DNA from: Octopus sinensis | Taxonomy: Eukaryota | Assembly (NCBI RefSeq): GCF_006345805.1 | Contig: NC_042999.1 | Coordinates: 128,154,001-128,218,000 of the forward strand | Direction: 5' to 3' | DNA: 64,000 bases | Shown: positions 25,501-40,699 of the stretch, one piece after another | How positions within the stretch are numbered: position 1 is the stretch's first letter | Layout of the letters: the number at the start of each line of letters is the position of its first letter | The notes under the pieces: model-generated | Told to the model about the DNA's origin: nothing | What the model saw: the letters and a program-made list of their open reading frames with translations, nothing else | Database searches by the model: none | Position numbers and translations under genes: made by a program

Positions 25501-28099
25501 ACAAATGTACATACATACAAGTATGTAATTTTCTTTTAATAATCAGAAGGAAAAGGTCCTAATTTTAGATATGATATAGTAATGTTTTTTTTTCTTTTTA
25601 CATCCTTTTGTTTAAAGTTACTTTTGAAAAAAATGTGATTTAAAAAATTTTGTTTCTTTATGAGAGTTAAGAAAGAAATAAAAAAAAATTAACAGTTTTT
25701 GAAATTAGGGGTGAAATTTTGACTGCAATGTCATCCCCAGCAAGTTTCTATTACCAAGGAAACTATAAAACAACTTTTTTTTTCAGTTTTCTGCATATTT
25801 CAGTGAAGCAATTAATAAAGAAAGTGTTGTGAAATTGCCTCAAACACAACTGCACTACAGACTGATACCATAAACCATTTTGTTTACATATATGTTATAT
25901 ATGTATATGTATATATACATATATATATGTTTGTGTGTGTGTGTGTGTGTGTATATATAAATATATATATATATATATATGTACGCACACACATACATGT
26001 ATATATGATATATATATATGTTATGAATATTTTAGTAACTGGTTGAGTTTTGTCTTCCAATGGCTGCTCAGCATTAAAGCACAAATTTTGAAATGACAAT
26101 ATATTATCACTAAGAGACTATATCATATATTATATCATATCATACACAGCATATTTACACACATATACATACATATATACACACACATATATATACATGC
26201 ATAAACACATGTATATATGTAAATATATGTGTGTATTTGTATATGTTCAGACATACGTTTTTGTTTACTAACTTCCATTAAAAGGTTTTCAAAATGGAGA
26301 AAAAACATTGATTGGGTCAGCGTATGTGTGTGAAGATTTTCTTAAAACCTTCAGTTCACTTTAGATACTTTAAATACAAATGAAATCTGTAGAGCTCAGT
26401 CTATATAAGGAAACAGTATCTCAACTACAAATAGGACCACCATCTGCTAACTAATGCCTAAAAACAATGTATTAGTAATGAAAATATATTTTATGGTTAT
26501 TTTTCTATTGGTATATTTTCTTTTTGCTATATTTTTGTTTTTTCAGTTTTATAAGGAAAAATGTCACTTCCATAATATTATATGAAAAACTATATTTCTG
26601 ATCACAAACTCTTTTCATGCATTACCATTACACCTATGAAATTAGAATAAAATAGTGACCTGCTTTTTTTGTTTAAAACATGATAATTTTGCAATGTTTA
26701 CTTCTTAAAAGATTGCTTTTCTAGGAAACAGTCAATTGAATTTATGTCCATATACTAATAATTGCTTTTGTGTTAATGCTAAAAAAAAACATCACTAATT
26801 ATTTATCAATGTGTAGCATATGTATATACCTAAATTTGTAAAGTTACATATCTATACTATGTAACTGTATACATATACATACACATGCCCCAGAGTAAAG
26901 ACATATATGGAACAGTAAGGACGAACACACTGGACGGTGAGATGAATATTACTTGAAATGTTGGGTATGGAGTACATCCTTATTTCTGAGTTTATTTCAG
27001 TTTCTATAATTGATAGTGCTTGGTATACACCATTATCCCTAAGAATATATAGCATATAAAGTGTATAGTATAAAGAGACTGTCCTGTGTATATGTATAGC
27101 TTGCACAATGGGTAGTTCTGGAGATGAATCTCCAATATTTAATTTTTATAGCTGGCACAGGTTTTGTTTCTGCATCTAAAAGTGATATGAATCTCTAAAG
27201 AAATATATTTAAAAAGCACTATCTTCATCTTTAGAAACATTTGGATTAATACATTTTTTAGTTACCTATATTTAGAAATTATGAATTTCTTAAGATGTGT
27301 TAAATATCTGTTTGTCAGCATATGTGTAAATATAAAGCAAGTAAAATGCATTATAATAATATAGTTTATAAACTTCTAAATATACAGAAATGTATTTATA
27401 AAACTGTTGAGATATGTGTGTATATATGTATGTATGAATATAAATGCACAAATGCACATATAAATTAATCTGGATATATATGTGTATATGTGGATGTGTG
27501 CCTATATAAATTTATATGGATATGTATACAATATCTGTGCACAGATGCATATAATAAACCCATGTATACATAAACGTGTAAGGAAACAATAGAAATATTT
27601 ATCTTCAATTTCTAGAGAAAGACAACTCTAAAATGTTTTTAAAGCAGATGTAAGGAAGAATATGATTGAAGAATGTAACTTTTGTCTGTATTCAAGTACC
27701 TGATTTTAGGAGTATGAAATCTAAATTTGCTTAAAAGAATTCAACCAATCAAAAATAACTTGAATTTGGAAATCTTAAATTAAAATAGAAATAAACAAAA
27801 TGAAGTTTTAATGGTGAGTTTTTGTGGTGTAGTGGTTAAATTGAGGCAATGCTTCAGATTATGTAATGAACAAAATGTAAATTATACACAATTTCATTGA
27901 ATATCTTTCTTAATGATTCCAACTTTCAGAAAAATGAATACTTCAATAGATGAATTAATAAGAAGAATTTAATAAAAAGAAATGTTATTTGAGTATATTT
28001 TTTATAACTTTTAAGGAGTTATTAATTTTGCTATATATATATATATATGAGTATGCTTGTTTTAGGGACAACTACTAGAATAACTTTATTAACAGCATC

Positions 28100-28420
28100 T
28101 GTACTCTAGCAATACTGGCAAGAATTGAGCTATATGGTTATGCTATGTATCCTGCATGGCAATATTAGAACATCAAAGATACTTTTTCATAGTGAGTTGT
28201 CTGATGGAAGCTTGATAGAAGAGCTTTTTGCAAAACACTTGAAAGATCAGCTGAAGCTTCTGATCACAGTGGCGAGCATTCTTCTAAGATAAAGATGGCT
28301 TAGATAAAGGTGGTTGATTTTCAAAAAGAACAACGTGAGAGTGGTCACCAGAAGTGCAACTTTCAGAATAGAAATACTGTTAAAGATAAGATGAGATGAA
28401 AGTAGAAGGATTCCATTTCC
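28100..28420 (+). mobile_element. Degenerate RTE (BovB-like) LINE 3' ORF remnant
   Basis: RTSKILFHSELSDG...KHLKDQLK resembles the RTE C-terminal RxPKxLxYGELxxG...KRFKDxLK motif. Confidence 0.5.
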
Positions 28421-29525
28421 CTAAGCAGTGACTGCAGATTCAATAAAGAAGTCCCTACCATCAAAGAACGTTTGTCCCATCCTAATATATAAAAACCTTT
28501 TTATTAATGCTTTCATGCAAAATAATTGTCAACGTCATGAGTTTTAACTATTGTTAATATTTAATCATTATCATTATATTGTCTTCATATTAAATGGTTT
28601 TAATTTGTCATTAAATTTAATTTGTTACATTCATTTTTATCATAAAGTGGAATCATTAAAGCATTCTTCAGGAAACACTTGAAAGATATTTCAAAATTGG
28701 TTTTTGAAACTTGATACAAGCATGGTTTAAACCAGTAGCTACCCAACCTATCTGTTTTAAAATCACTGAACATATATTTCCTTACTGAAACCATCTTTGA
28801 TTTCGTAATAATGGCAAAGACATTTAGTGAAAAATGTAATGATTGCTTGATTTGAAAATTCTTTTAATCTTGTTGATCCTGAATAAGATGATTTATTTCC
28901 ATATTAGGTCCCCATTAGCTTTGAATTGATAAAAAAGATCATCTGAGTGAAACAATTTGTAACCATTGGTCTAGGCCATGAAAGATCAGATGAATTTTAC
29001 CCAATGTAGTGTCATATAACTTTTATAAACAAAGAGCATAAGTGATACCTGGGATTTTGTCAAAAATGCAATGGACATTCTATTGAAGAAAGAATCACCA
29101 GATATAATTCTCTTTTTTAAAAAAATGCAAGAATTACCATTAAGAATATAATATTGCTTAATGTGATATTACCCCCTCTCTCCTGAAAAAAAAGGAAGCA
29201 AAAACAAACCTGATTTCTTTGAAAGTAACAAGCTGTTAATAACAAACTACTAAAAGTCTTAGTGAACAAATGTAATATCATTTGATAAGTAGAGTATCAC
29301 TCAGTCAAACAGACCATTACATGTAAAAATATAACATCATTCAAAAAAGGAGATATCTCTCAGACAAAACACCAAGAAAAAAATTGTTAACAAACCAAAA
29401 GTTTGACGTTATGAGTAACAATTGGTGGCAAGATGGCCGAGTAGTTCGGCTGAACAAAATAAATGAAAAGTTCACTTGAGATCTGATTAACTGGTTTAGG
29501 ATGGTTGTCTGAATAGTACCACATA

Positions 29526-29527
<2 letters not shown>

Positions 29528-29601
<74 letters not shown>

Positions 29602-29614
29602 GTGCGTGTGTGCG

Positions 29615-29646
<32 letters not shown>
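29528..29646. repeat. (TG)n/(TGCG) microsatellite
   Basis: Directly visible. Confidence 0.95.
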
Positions 29647-29647
<1 letters not shown>

Positions 29648-30630
29648 AGTTGTGTATGGTTGGGGGAACAGGAAAAATTAAAAACATCAAAGAAAATTAT
29701 TTCATCTTTTATAGAGATTACAGTAATGTAAAACAGTTCAATATTGCAAATATTCACATTTACTGTAGAAAGGAATATACATAAATATATATGTATATGC
29801 ATTTATGTATGTATACACATACATGTGTATATATATATATATATATATATGTGTGCATACATATACACACACCATACTATATATACATGTAAAGAGAGAA
29901 AGAGAGAGAGAGAGGGAGCAAGAGAGAGAGAGGGGGAGCAAGAGAGAGAGAGAGAGAGAGAGAACAGACAAAGAGACAAAGACAGAAGGTGGTGCAAGAG
30001 AAGTGAAAGAGAGAAAGAGCATAATGTTTACAAAGGTAGTAGCAGTAGTAGTAGAAGTAGTAATGATAACTTGAACAAGAGCACATAATATAATTATAGT
30101 TTAACATAATCTTCAGCTCTAAAAGCCAAGGTCCTGGTATTCATCCATTTAACCAGTGGCATCTTTCAACAACAACAACAATAACAACAACGTCAACAAC
30201 CATGATGTTTTGTATGTAGTATGCAAACAGGATAAACAACCTAAAGGTATGTCTGTGAAGAAGTGCAGAAACTATTGATCTTCACATTAGGATAATGGCA
30301 TTATTACATAATGAATAATTAAATATATAAACTTGAAAATGATTAAGGTGTAATAAAACAGATGGAAGAAATTAAAACCAGCTAAAGGTAAAATATCAGT
30401 AACGGTTTAAAAAATAACAGAAATGCAATTTGAAAAAAAACTGTATTTTGGGAGGTATGAGAAATATCCATATGAATTATTATCACCATATAAAAGAACT
30501 ATGATACAGGACCATATACATGTGGCTGACAAGCAGAAGTTTTTATATAAAAGCACAATGAATTGTAACTGCAACACAAGGCACTACACTCCTATAATCC
30601 TACAAAATGTCAGTGAATATTATATATTAA

Positions 30631-30850
30631 CCCTTTAGCATTTAAGCTGGTCATATCCAGCCAAAATAATCTACCAGTTTTATCTTCAAACTGGCCAGAT
30701 CCGGCCTCTCACACTTACCCTGCAATATTATTCTAAAAATAAATAATCACGTCATTGAAATCTCAAAGCTATAAAGTAATGTATTACTAGTTCATATCAA
30801 TGTGAACAAATAAGCATTACATTTGACAGAGATATCTGATTGCTAAAGGG
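30631..30850. mobile_element. piggyBac-like MITE (220 bp)
   Basis: TTAA|CCCTTTAGCA ... TGCTAAAGGG|TTAA: perfect 10-bp TIR and TTAA duplication. Confidence 0.85.
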
Positions 30851-32473
30851 TTAACATCTCTGTATGTGCAGACCATTCAATTGAACAAGTTGATCTTATT
30901 TTTAGTGGGAGCCCAGTGCTACAACTAGTGGTAAGTATTTACTGAAGTGCAACAGAGCCTCTGACTTTTTACACAAGAAAATCTGTAAGCACTGTTAAAT
31001 CTTGACATCAAGTAAATATTAAAAACGTATCTCAAAGGGAAAGTGAAATAATTGCTATCTGGTATGTTATTCCATTTTCTTTGAGAAGGGGACAACAACT
31101 CTGTGGAATGTACAGATTACATACTGGGGAGAGTCTGCAAACCATCTTGACATAATATTTAAAGGCTAAAGAAACATGACTATCACTCTGATTATTAGTG
31201 TGTTATGATCAGTGGACAGGGAAATTGCAATGAAATAAGATAAACAAATGTTCACACAAAAAAAACATAAATAAATTTTGAGATAGAGATATTAAAAGAC
31301 TGAGCCATTAAATCAGATAAAATAGGATTCAAAGTTAAGAAGTGGCACTCATAAGAGTAAACACACTCTTGGAAGTTCTGGCATTATGAGTGACAATTGG
31401 TTGCAAAAAGGACCTCATAAAAAAATTCCAAGAACTTGAGAAACAAGAACTTCAAGAGATTAATTGCAAGTAAATGCACAGAAGACATTGCCACTTATCT
31501 ATAATCTAATAATAGTGTGAGTGTATCTGTCTGCAAACATATGTGGTACACGTCACTAAGTATCTAATTCCTCAGTTCTTTAATTGATTCAAATAATTGC
31601 AATTCTTGCTGTTGGAGTGCTACCTCATATCAGTAGACTATATGTTATATACAGTTATTTATGTGTGAAAATATAAGTATAGATATTATTCTTTCTGTTG
31701 TTGTCGTTGCTACGGTTGTTATTGTTAAATAATATAAAATCAAGACTATACAAACTTTTAGATTTATCTTATGAAGATCTTGAATTTAAGATATGCTATG
31801 CTTATATGTATTTGTGCATGTGTGTGTGTATCTGTTTATGGATTTGAATAATACCTGTGTTTAACTCCATTTATTTATTTATCTATATTATGCAAAAATA
31901 TTTCACCTAAACCTGGAGTTTCTACCTTTATAAGTAGGCTGTTACATCCTTGGTACTTGTGGAAATTTTTACTACCCTGGTAACTATTTATTTATTTTTT
32001 CCTTATTTGTAAACATTGAAAAAATACACATACATTTATATATATATTGGTGAATGTGTGTATGTATGCAAATATAGATAAATAATTTCAAAGAAAAAAA
32101 AAACATTTTCTATAAAGTTCATATGTAGAACAACTTGGAGAAAAAAAAATCCTCAAGTTTTGATTTTGGTGTGATGACATAATAAATAAAAAAAAGTAAA
32201 GAGAACATAATCATCATCATCATCATCATCCTTATCATTATTATTATTATTGTTATTATCATTTCAGTCTTGGGCACAGAAGACCATTAATGTTGGGAGG
32301 AAATAATTGATGAGATCAACCTCTGCCCCACTGCTAGATTAGTATTTATTTTATTGACCCCCTGAAGCCTGAAAGTGATAACTCATTCTAATGCAATTTG
32401 AACTCAGAACATAAAGGGGTATAATTAGATTTACAAAGCATTTTACCTCTTACTTTATTCATTCTGCCATTAA

Positions 32474-32603
<130 letters not shown>

Positions 32604-33595
32604 TGTGATATCAAATTTTGGTACAGTCATCAATTTTAGTGGGAGATGGGGTTAGTTGATTATGCTGACCCCAGTATTTGGCTGGAATTTTATTTTAACA
32701 ACCCCAAAAGGATAAAAGGCAAAGGTGACCTCGGAATTTGAATACAAAACATTGAAGATAGGGGAAATACCTCTAAGTATTTTGCCTAGCATGCTAATGA
32801 TTCTTTGCCAAGGCAAAGCTGACCTTGGCAGGATTTGATCTCAGAATGTAAAGAGTTGGAACAAATACCGCAAAGCATTTTCCTTGACATTCTAACGTCT
32901 CTGACAAAACAACAGCAGCAACAAGGTTAGAAACGAACTTGTTTATAAAGTCAACTGCCAGATTTTTGAGTGAATAGAGATTGCTAATGGCTATCTAACT
33001 ATAGTAAACTATTGTTTTTTTTTAATATTCATCTAACAATCTGTAAACAATAGATAAATAAATAAATGATAAATATGAAACAAACAAACAAAAAAAAAAC
33101 TCTTCAAGAATAAATATGAAATATTTGATCTGCTAATATCAAACATTAAAATTATTGTTTGAACAGTCAAAATTCCATTTTTAGTATGGTAACAATTCGG
33201 TGAGTTTTTGAAGAAAATTTGATTAGTGAAATAACAGTTTGAATTTGAACCTGGATTTTGCATGAAAATGTATGTATCTATGGAGGCATATGAAAATGAA
33301 TGTTGTTATGTGTGTATGTGTAGGAATGTGTTATGTATATATCTATGTATGTGCATGCATATAGCTATACATTTGTATTACTTCTATGTATGTATGAATG
33401 TATGTTCATACCATGGCACCGGTTTCTTCTGCTAGCCAGCACAGCTGTGCATTAATGTAATTGAATGTGCAAAATTTCACCAGGCTTAAGAGTCACACAG
33501 GGCCTCACATTGCACCAATATTGACTCATTTCAATGATTCTTTCTAGCAATGGCTTTGTTTGTATACGAGAAAGCAGCAAAGAAGATGTATGTAT

Positions 33596-33606
33596 GTATG
33601 TATATG

Positions 33607-33682
<76 letters not shown>

Positions 33683-33683
33683 A

Positions 33684-33715
<32 letters not shown>

Positions 33716-34032
33716 ATGTGTGTGTGAGAGAGAGAGAGAGAGAGTGAGAGAGTATAATCTATAAGTTTTAAAATGGAGAGATTCAATGGATATAAATTAA
33801 TTCATTAATTATTTAACATTTCCTACAATTGTTTCACTTCACACCCAATTTAAATTACAAAACATATATAATAATATAAGTTTGCATTTTGAGTATCTTG
33901 AGTGGAAAATCTTCAGGGCAAAATGGACATTACAGAGTTTACATTTTGATCAATTGAAATTCTCCAACAGACTAAGCTGATGAAAGCATGTTTATTGTGT
34001 GTGTGTGTGTGTGTGTGTGCATGCATTAATAG

Positions 34033-34085
<53 letters not shown>

Positions 34086-34113
34086 TTACTAATAATAATA
34101 ATAATAATAATAA
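33596..34113. repeat. (ATCT)n, (TG)n, (AG)n and (ACT)n-(AAT)n microsatellites
   Basis: Directly visible. Confidence 0.9.
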
Positions 34114-37100
34114 TGAATTAAAGTATATAAGAATAAAAATAAAGGATAAAAAAAGAATAAATAATGAAAATAATGAAATATTAATAATAAAAAATAATTA
34201 AAATAAAATAAAAATGAAATACAAGTTTTATTATAAACATAGATGTCTATGGTCCATTTTGATTTATGTGTGAGCATATGTTCAAGTGTTTATATGTGTA
34301 CTTGTATGTATATATACGTATGTTTACTGCCTAAGATAATTTATGTGTACGAATGTGTGTATGTGTGTCGGCATAATGTTATTGAATGCAAGTATGGATG
34401 TCATCGTTTATGCATGAGTGTGTGTGTGTTTATAGATCCTTATTACTCAAGTTGCTTTATTAGTGTGTAATTATGCATGTATATTAGTAAAAGGTTATCG
34501 AATAGTTCTATAACTATATATGAATTTATAGGTATGGATATTCATAGCCCATTTCAGTTTATGCTTGATTGTTTATGTGTGTATATAGATGTTTACTATG
34601 CATGTTTATTCATGTGTGTGTAAGTGTGTATGCATGTTAGTAACATGTTATGAAGTCAAAACAGTTTGTTAATATACATATACATTCCCTTATATGCTTA
34701 TAGTCAATCATAAAAGGCGATCATAATTATTATATGAAACAGTAAGATAATTAGTAAAGTAATTATATATATATATATATACACACACATATGTATATGT
34801 ATATATATATATGTGTGTATATATATATATATATATGTGTGTTTGTGTGTATATATATATACACACACATATATACATATGTATGTGTATGGATGCATGT
34901 ATGTAAAGATATATATATATATATATGTATATATATGTATATAAAATGTTTGTATGTATATATATGTGGCATGTAAGTTTGCATGAATGGTATGAATGTG
35001 AGGATGGATGCAGCATTTTCAAGATATCTATATATAGAAAAAAAATTACAAAAAATGCAAAAAAGCAATGAAGCATTTCTGGAGGCATACTTCCCTTATT
35101 TCAGACAAATAAAACTGGTAAGGTGTACTACTGTATTTGGAGAAGTCTCAAAATATATTTGAAACTATAATTAAGCTTCTCTGTTTTTTATCTTTTGTCA
35201 TAAACTTTCATCATACCATTAGATGATTATCATTTTTTTCTTTGATGCCACATAGAATCAAAAACAAACAAACAAAAAACAGGTGCAAACTGAACTAATT
35301 TAAGAATGTTCAATGAATAATTTATAAACGTAGCATTGTTTCAGCTGACTGGTTTCACAAATATTTTTATTCACATTAATTACATCATTGTCTTTGATTT
35401 CTTTTTATAGAATACATTGTGTAGAGCATGAAGATTAATGAATATCAATAATTGTTTTTTTTTTCCCTGGATTAGTGGAAATAATAAATATTTGCGATAC
35501 TGTATAAGTCATTTTTGGATTACTTAGTGGATCAGATATTTTATTGATTACCAAATGTTTGTAACTATTTATGGATCCCTGGATCAAATCACATTCAAAG
35601 GAAAGAGTACATTAATTACTTTCTGGATTACTGAGACCGGTATTCTTTGAATTACTGAACAGCTGATATATTATAAATTATGATGCAATGAAATGATTTC
35701 TAATATTGTTGAAGTGCGGCCCCAGTGGCCCCAGTTATTAAGGGAATGTCAAATGATTTATTGCTTGTGAAATATTTATCATGTTATCCCTCACACAATT
35801 CCAAGGTATGGTTTGGGGATTTCAGATTGAAATTTTCTGACTGAAAATTATTATGGTTGGCTTTAGATAAATTGAACCTGTAATTAATTGATTTTGAAAC
35901 ATTTACCTACATACACAACAGAAGAAATTATAAATATATTTGACTTCTCTTGCAAATTATAGTCAAATGACCATAATTTTAAATTTAATTTTCTAATAAC
36001 TGATTAAATGATTAAATGTTATGAAATTTTATTCTCCATAAAGGCATCAAGTTTATTTTTCAGTTTGTACTTAAGGTTTTTGCAAACTCCTGATTAATAA
36101 CTGATTTCAAAAGGAAATATTTAATAATGTCTATAATAATGAATAAAATGACAGTTGCCTTTGCTGTAATATGGCAACACAAAATTATCTCTTGATTTTT
36201 GTATGAAAAACCAACATTTGCATGTAATTTTTATATAATCAAATTATTGAAAAATATATCTAAATAAAAGTTGTCTAAAGCAGAATCAAGAAACAAACAA
36301 ACAAGAAAATAAAACAAATTAAGTAAATAAATTATAATTTACTTTTTTTTTTATTTGTCTGTAAAATAATTTCATGATAGTTTTAATCTTTGAAATGATT
36401 TTATCTTGTAGCTTAGCCCCCAAGGCAACCTTGATTCAGAAACATTTTATGAAAGATATTTTAGCCATAACAACCCTTCTTTTTAACAGATAAAAGGCAT
36501 AAGAGTTATATAGTCTAATTGTAACCTTCTATTTATAAGATGATAGTGTGGTATGGGGACGGGGTGCGTTTTGGCTGCTATTTCTAAAGGCACCCATTTT
36601 ATCTTTCTGTGCTAAGACAAGATAACAAGCTGTATTGAACTTCATAAGTTATTTAAACATTCATAAACTGAGAAACAATAAATTTCTCTAATTAACTGTG
36701 AAATAACTCAACAACTTTTATTAATATTTCATTTTTTTCTGAGACAATTTAAACTATTTCTATTTTCTTAAATGGACTTGGAATTTAATGGAAAAGAAAA
36801 TTAATGATTTAATACTTGCATTGAATCAAACTGAAATTATAATTGATAAAGCATTGATATGAATAATCAGTGATTGTCACAAGCAATCAAAGTAGTGTTT
36901 TTAGCAGTTCAACCCTGTTCTTCTGTTAGAAGGTGAAGGTCAAACAGAGTACTTCAGCAAACTGCTGCTGTAAGAATATAACTGCAAATGAATTGTATAT
37001 GGATCATAACAAGCTATAAATTTAGGACCTACAATTAACCCTACACTCCATGCAGTTTGAAATAAAAGAGATTCAACTAAAAAAAATAAAAGAATATTAA

Positions 37101-37531
37101 ATGAAATATCTTTTATATTTGAAAGAGTAATGCAGTTTCCAAAATATAAAATGGTAGAGTCCTATGTGAGGGTGGAAGAATGGTATTACAGCTTCTCATT
37201 TATTTCTGTCTCATCTTTTATCTCAAAAGAAATGTAATACCATAGTAAATATCATTGTGGAATCAAAGCAGACAAAAATTGTGAATATGGTAAGAAACAA
37301 AAGTGACAATTTCACCCAATAATTTATTGTAAACAGAATGTCTCAATGTAAACATATGTCAACATATGTGCATAGAGTTGTACATGTATACACAGGCATA
37401 TATGTACATATATATATATATATATTAATGTATAAGTGTATATATGTACAATGTGTATATGTATGTATGTGCATATATATATGTATGTATATATATTTGT
37501 ATATACATTTATATATATATTTGTAAATATA

Positions 37532-37585
<54 letters not shown>

Positions 37586-37650
37586 CATACTTACATACAT
37601 ACATTAATATATATATATATATTTATTTATATATATGAATATAAATACAA

Positions 37651-37681
<31 letters not shown>

Positions 37682-39005
37682 TACATATGTATGTTTTATT
37701 TGGTGAGAATGAAAGTAATTTGGGTCAAAGAGACAAGGTAACAGTCAACATGTACTGAAATGTATTGCTTTATTATTCTTAAGCACTTTTCTTGCACTTT
37801 ATTTTCTAGTATGTTTAATTCTTTCCTACAACCTAGATTAAATAGAGGTTCAAAGACAATTGGACCTTTTTATTATTTTTATCATTGTTTATATTTTAAT
37901 TTTTTAATTTTTACTTTCATTTGTCTATTTTTTTATCGATTTATTTTTTAGCTATATATTTTGTATTTTGATTATAAGTATATCTTGTCTCTAACTGAAC
38001 CCATGGTTTTAGTTCTGTCTGAACTGCTGAAATAATATATCACTCTAAGTATACAGTATGAAACTGAGTGAAATACTGAGAGTATCTAATGAGGAACTTA
38101 TTTAAGTAATCATCTGAGGACGTGCATTCAATGCCTGAGATATAAGATAATGACTATGCAACATCTCTCCTATGAACAACAGATGCAAGAATGTGTTGAA
38201 ACAATTGTTGTGGTTTTTAAAGAATGTCAGTAATTCAATTTTCTATCATTTGTCTCTCTCTCACTCTCTCTCTCTATATGTATATAGTATAGTATATGTA
38301 TACACACACTGATATGTAAGACATATATAACCATCCAGAAAGAAATATACTGGGATGAAAACTAAAATATGTTGGTACGCATGAAAGGATAAACAATAAA
38401 TTTATGTTTAATTTTCTTTCTCTTTAGCTGAAAAATTCCATTTCATTGAATAATATGTCTCTTTTATTAGATCAGTACTTGCATAATTTAATTGCTTAAA
38501 AAAAAAAGAACTGATTAAAATAGATATGGACCTAAAGGCAGATTTATAATGTAATTTTAAAAATATGACATTTCAGAAATTGTGTTGCACTATCATTAAT
38601 ATTTATATCTACATTAAATGGAGAAATTAGTATTAAGTAAAAATAATGTTTTCCAAAATTGAATTTTTTAAATATATGTGTGTGTGCGTGAGTATATATA
38701 TGTTTTATTAAATACACCGCAATGTTCAACTTGGTTCTTTTTCTATTTTAGATTTTTTAAATATTCTAATTGGCTTTTTACAGTTGTTTTGGGACAATGG
38801 AGTTCATAAAATTATATTCAATGTTTGTAGGCTTTCACCTGTGAATTTAGGAATGCTACTGTTTCAAACCACCTATAGAAAACCATTAAGAAAATAGGAA
38901 AATAATCTAAAATAAAGAATAAATCATGAACATAGTTGTGCATTTAATGAAAGCTGCATAAAAGAAAAGCTGTACCCCACATATATGAATGTATGTATAT
39001 GTATA

Positions 39006-39054
39006 TAGTGATTCTTTCTAGCAATGGCTTTGCTCATATACAAGAAAGCGGCTA

Positions 39055-39108
<54 letters not shown>

Positions 39109-39159
39109 CTTAGCTGCCTTCTCATATATGAGCAAAGCTATTGCTAGAAAGAATCACTA
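39006..39159. repeat. Inverted repeat with 55-bp arms around (TA)n; MITE-like, single arm also at ~33536-33585
   Basis: tagtgattctttctagcaatggctttgctcatatacaagaaagcggctaagatat versus its reverse complement: 50/55 identity. Confidence 0.9.
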
Positions 39160-40699
39160 TGTATATATACATACACACACATATATATATATACACACAC
39201 ATACATACATACATACATACATACATACATACATACATACATACGTTCGTACATACATACATACATATATACATACATATATATATACACACACACATAA
39301 ACACACACAAACACACACACACATTTTTATGTTGCTTAACTTTGATGATCATATGAGAACTGGTGCATTCAAATATGTGTGTGTATAAATATATATATAA
39401 ACATGCACATATATATACATTTGCATACACACATATGCACTCACACATATATACATATGTGTGTGCGAGTGTATAATATGAAAAAATTAAGGTAAATATA
39501 ATAAGATTTAAAAAAAACAATTCAATGCTAATTTGGGGAAAGAACTGACTCAGTTTCTTTTGTAGCCACCACTACTAAAATCCTATTTCTTTGAAACAAG
39601 AAATATATGAAATGGGAAATATGACAATAAATATTTTCCAAAGAGAATGGCATTTACAAGATTGCTTTTGAATAAACTGAAATTTCACTGTCTGTAGCCT
39701 TAATGTAGAAATATATTTTCATATAGTTTTGTCATTGATTTCATGAATCTTCTAGAGAATTATTTTGAAATACTGGCTGTAAATTTCTACATGTAATACC
39801 AGGACTACAAAAATGTAGAGGATATGGAAGCCCTGAGATAATAAGATGAGAGTAAACAAAAATTTTATTGTTAATTTTATAACTATTTCAAACTTTCATA
39901 CTGAATTTTTAATAAGAGATACAACGATCAGCTTCTTTATGTTTTACAAACTCAATGATTTCTAATATGAAATACAAGGTCCAAAGTTATTGGCAGTGGG
40001 GGCATAGTCACTCAAATTGATATCAGTGATTAATTAATACTTACTTCAATCCTGGATGATTAAAAGTCAGCCTTGGTATGATTTTTAACTCAGAAATTGT
40101 TATAGGGATATAAATAAATACCAGAAAGAATTTTAGCTGTAGCTCTACAAAGTCTGCCAATAAAACCCTTTTGACTTAAAATCCTTTCAGAGATTTTAGA
40201 CTTAAAAGATAAGAAACAGTCAGAAAAATAAATAAATAGATAAAATAAAATAAAATAAATAAATATCTGAAATGTCAGAAGATATTTTAGAAGAAAATAT
40301 CCTGATTCATAAATATTAGTCCTTAGTTTAATTTAATATTTTATGTTTAGTGTCTGAAAATACATTATGATAACAAAAATCACATGCCTTGTTTTTATTT
40401 GAAACATCCAACAGAAATCCAGTAAAACAATTATTGATATATTTATTATTTAAATGTAGGACGAACCAAAGGTTTAGTTTTATGACAGTATGGTCATAAA
40501 AATCTGGAAAAAAACCCCCCAAAAGTTGAATGAATGATAAAACAATAAAAAATAGACCTTTTTGTATTTTCAGTTATATATATGCATAAAAGAAAATAAA
40601 CTATTAGATAATATACTTTATTAAAGGATAAAAGAAACCAAAAAAAGGGAACTGTTATAAAAAAATATTACTTTTAAATAAATTGTGTGAATTTGGTCC

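Noticed and set aside
29396-29449. - strand exon candidate PNYSAILPPIVTHNVKLL with a good acceptor
   Set aside because: Weak donor (gtttgt), no recognisable homology, and no convincing chain with other - strand candidates.
29424-29450. tRNA-Leu-like 5' fragment / YY1-like ggcaagatggccgag
   Set aside because: No B-box or cloverleaf follows, and a single short motif is not significant.
35714-35803. Open 90-nt + strand segment CGPVAPVIKG...HNSK ending at gtatgg
   Set aside because: Poor acceptor and not phase-compatible with the microexon chain as assembled.
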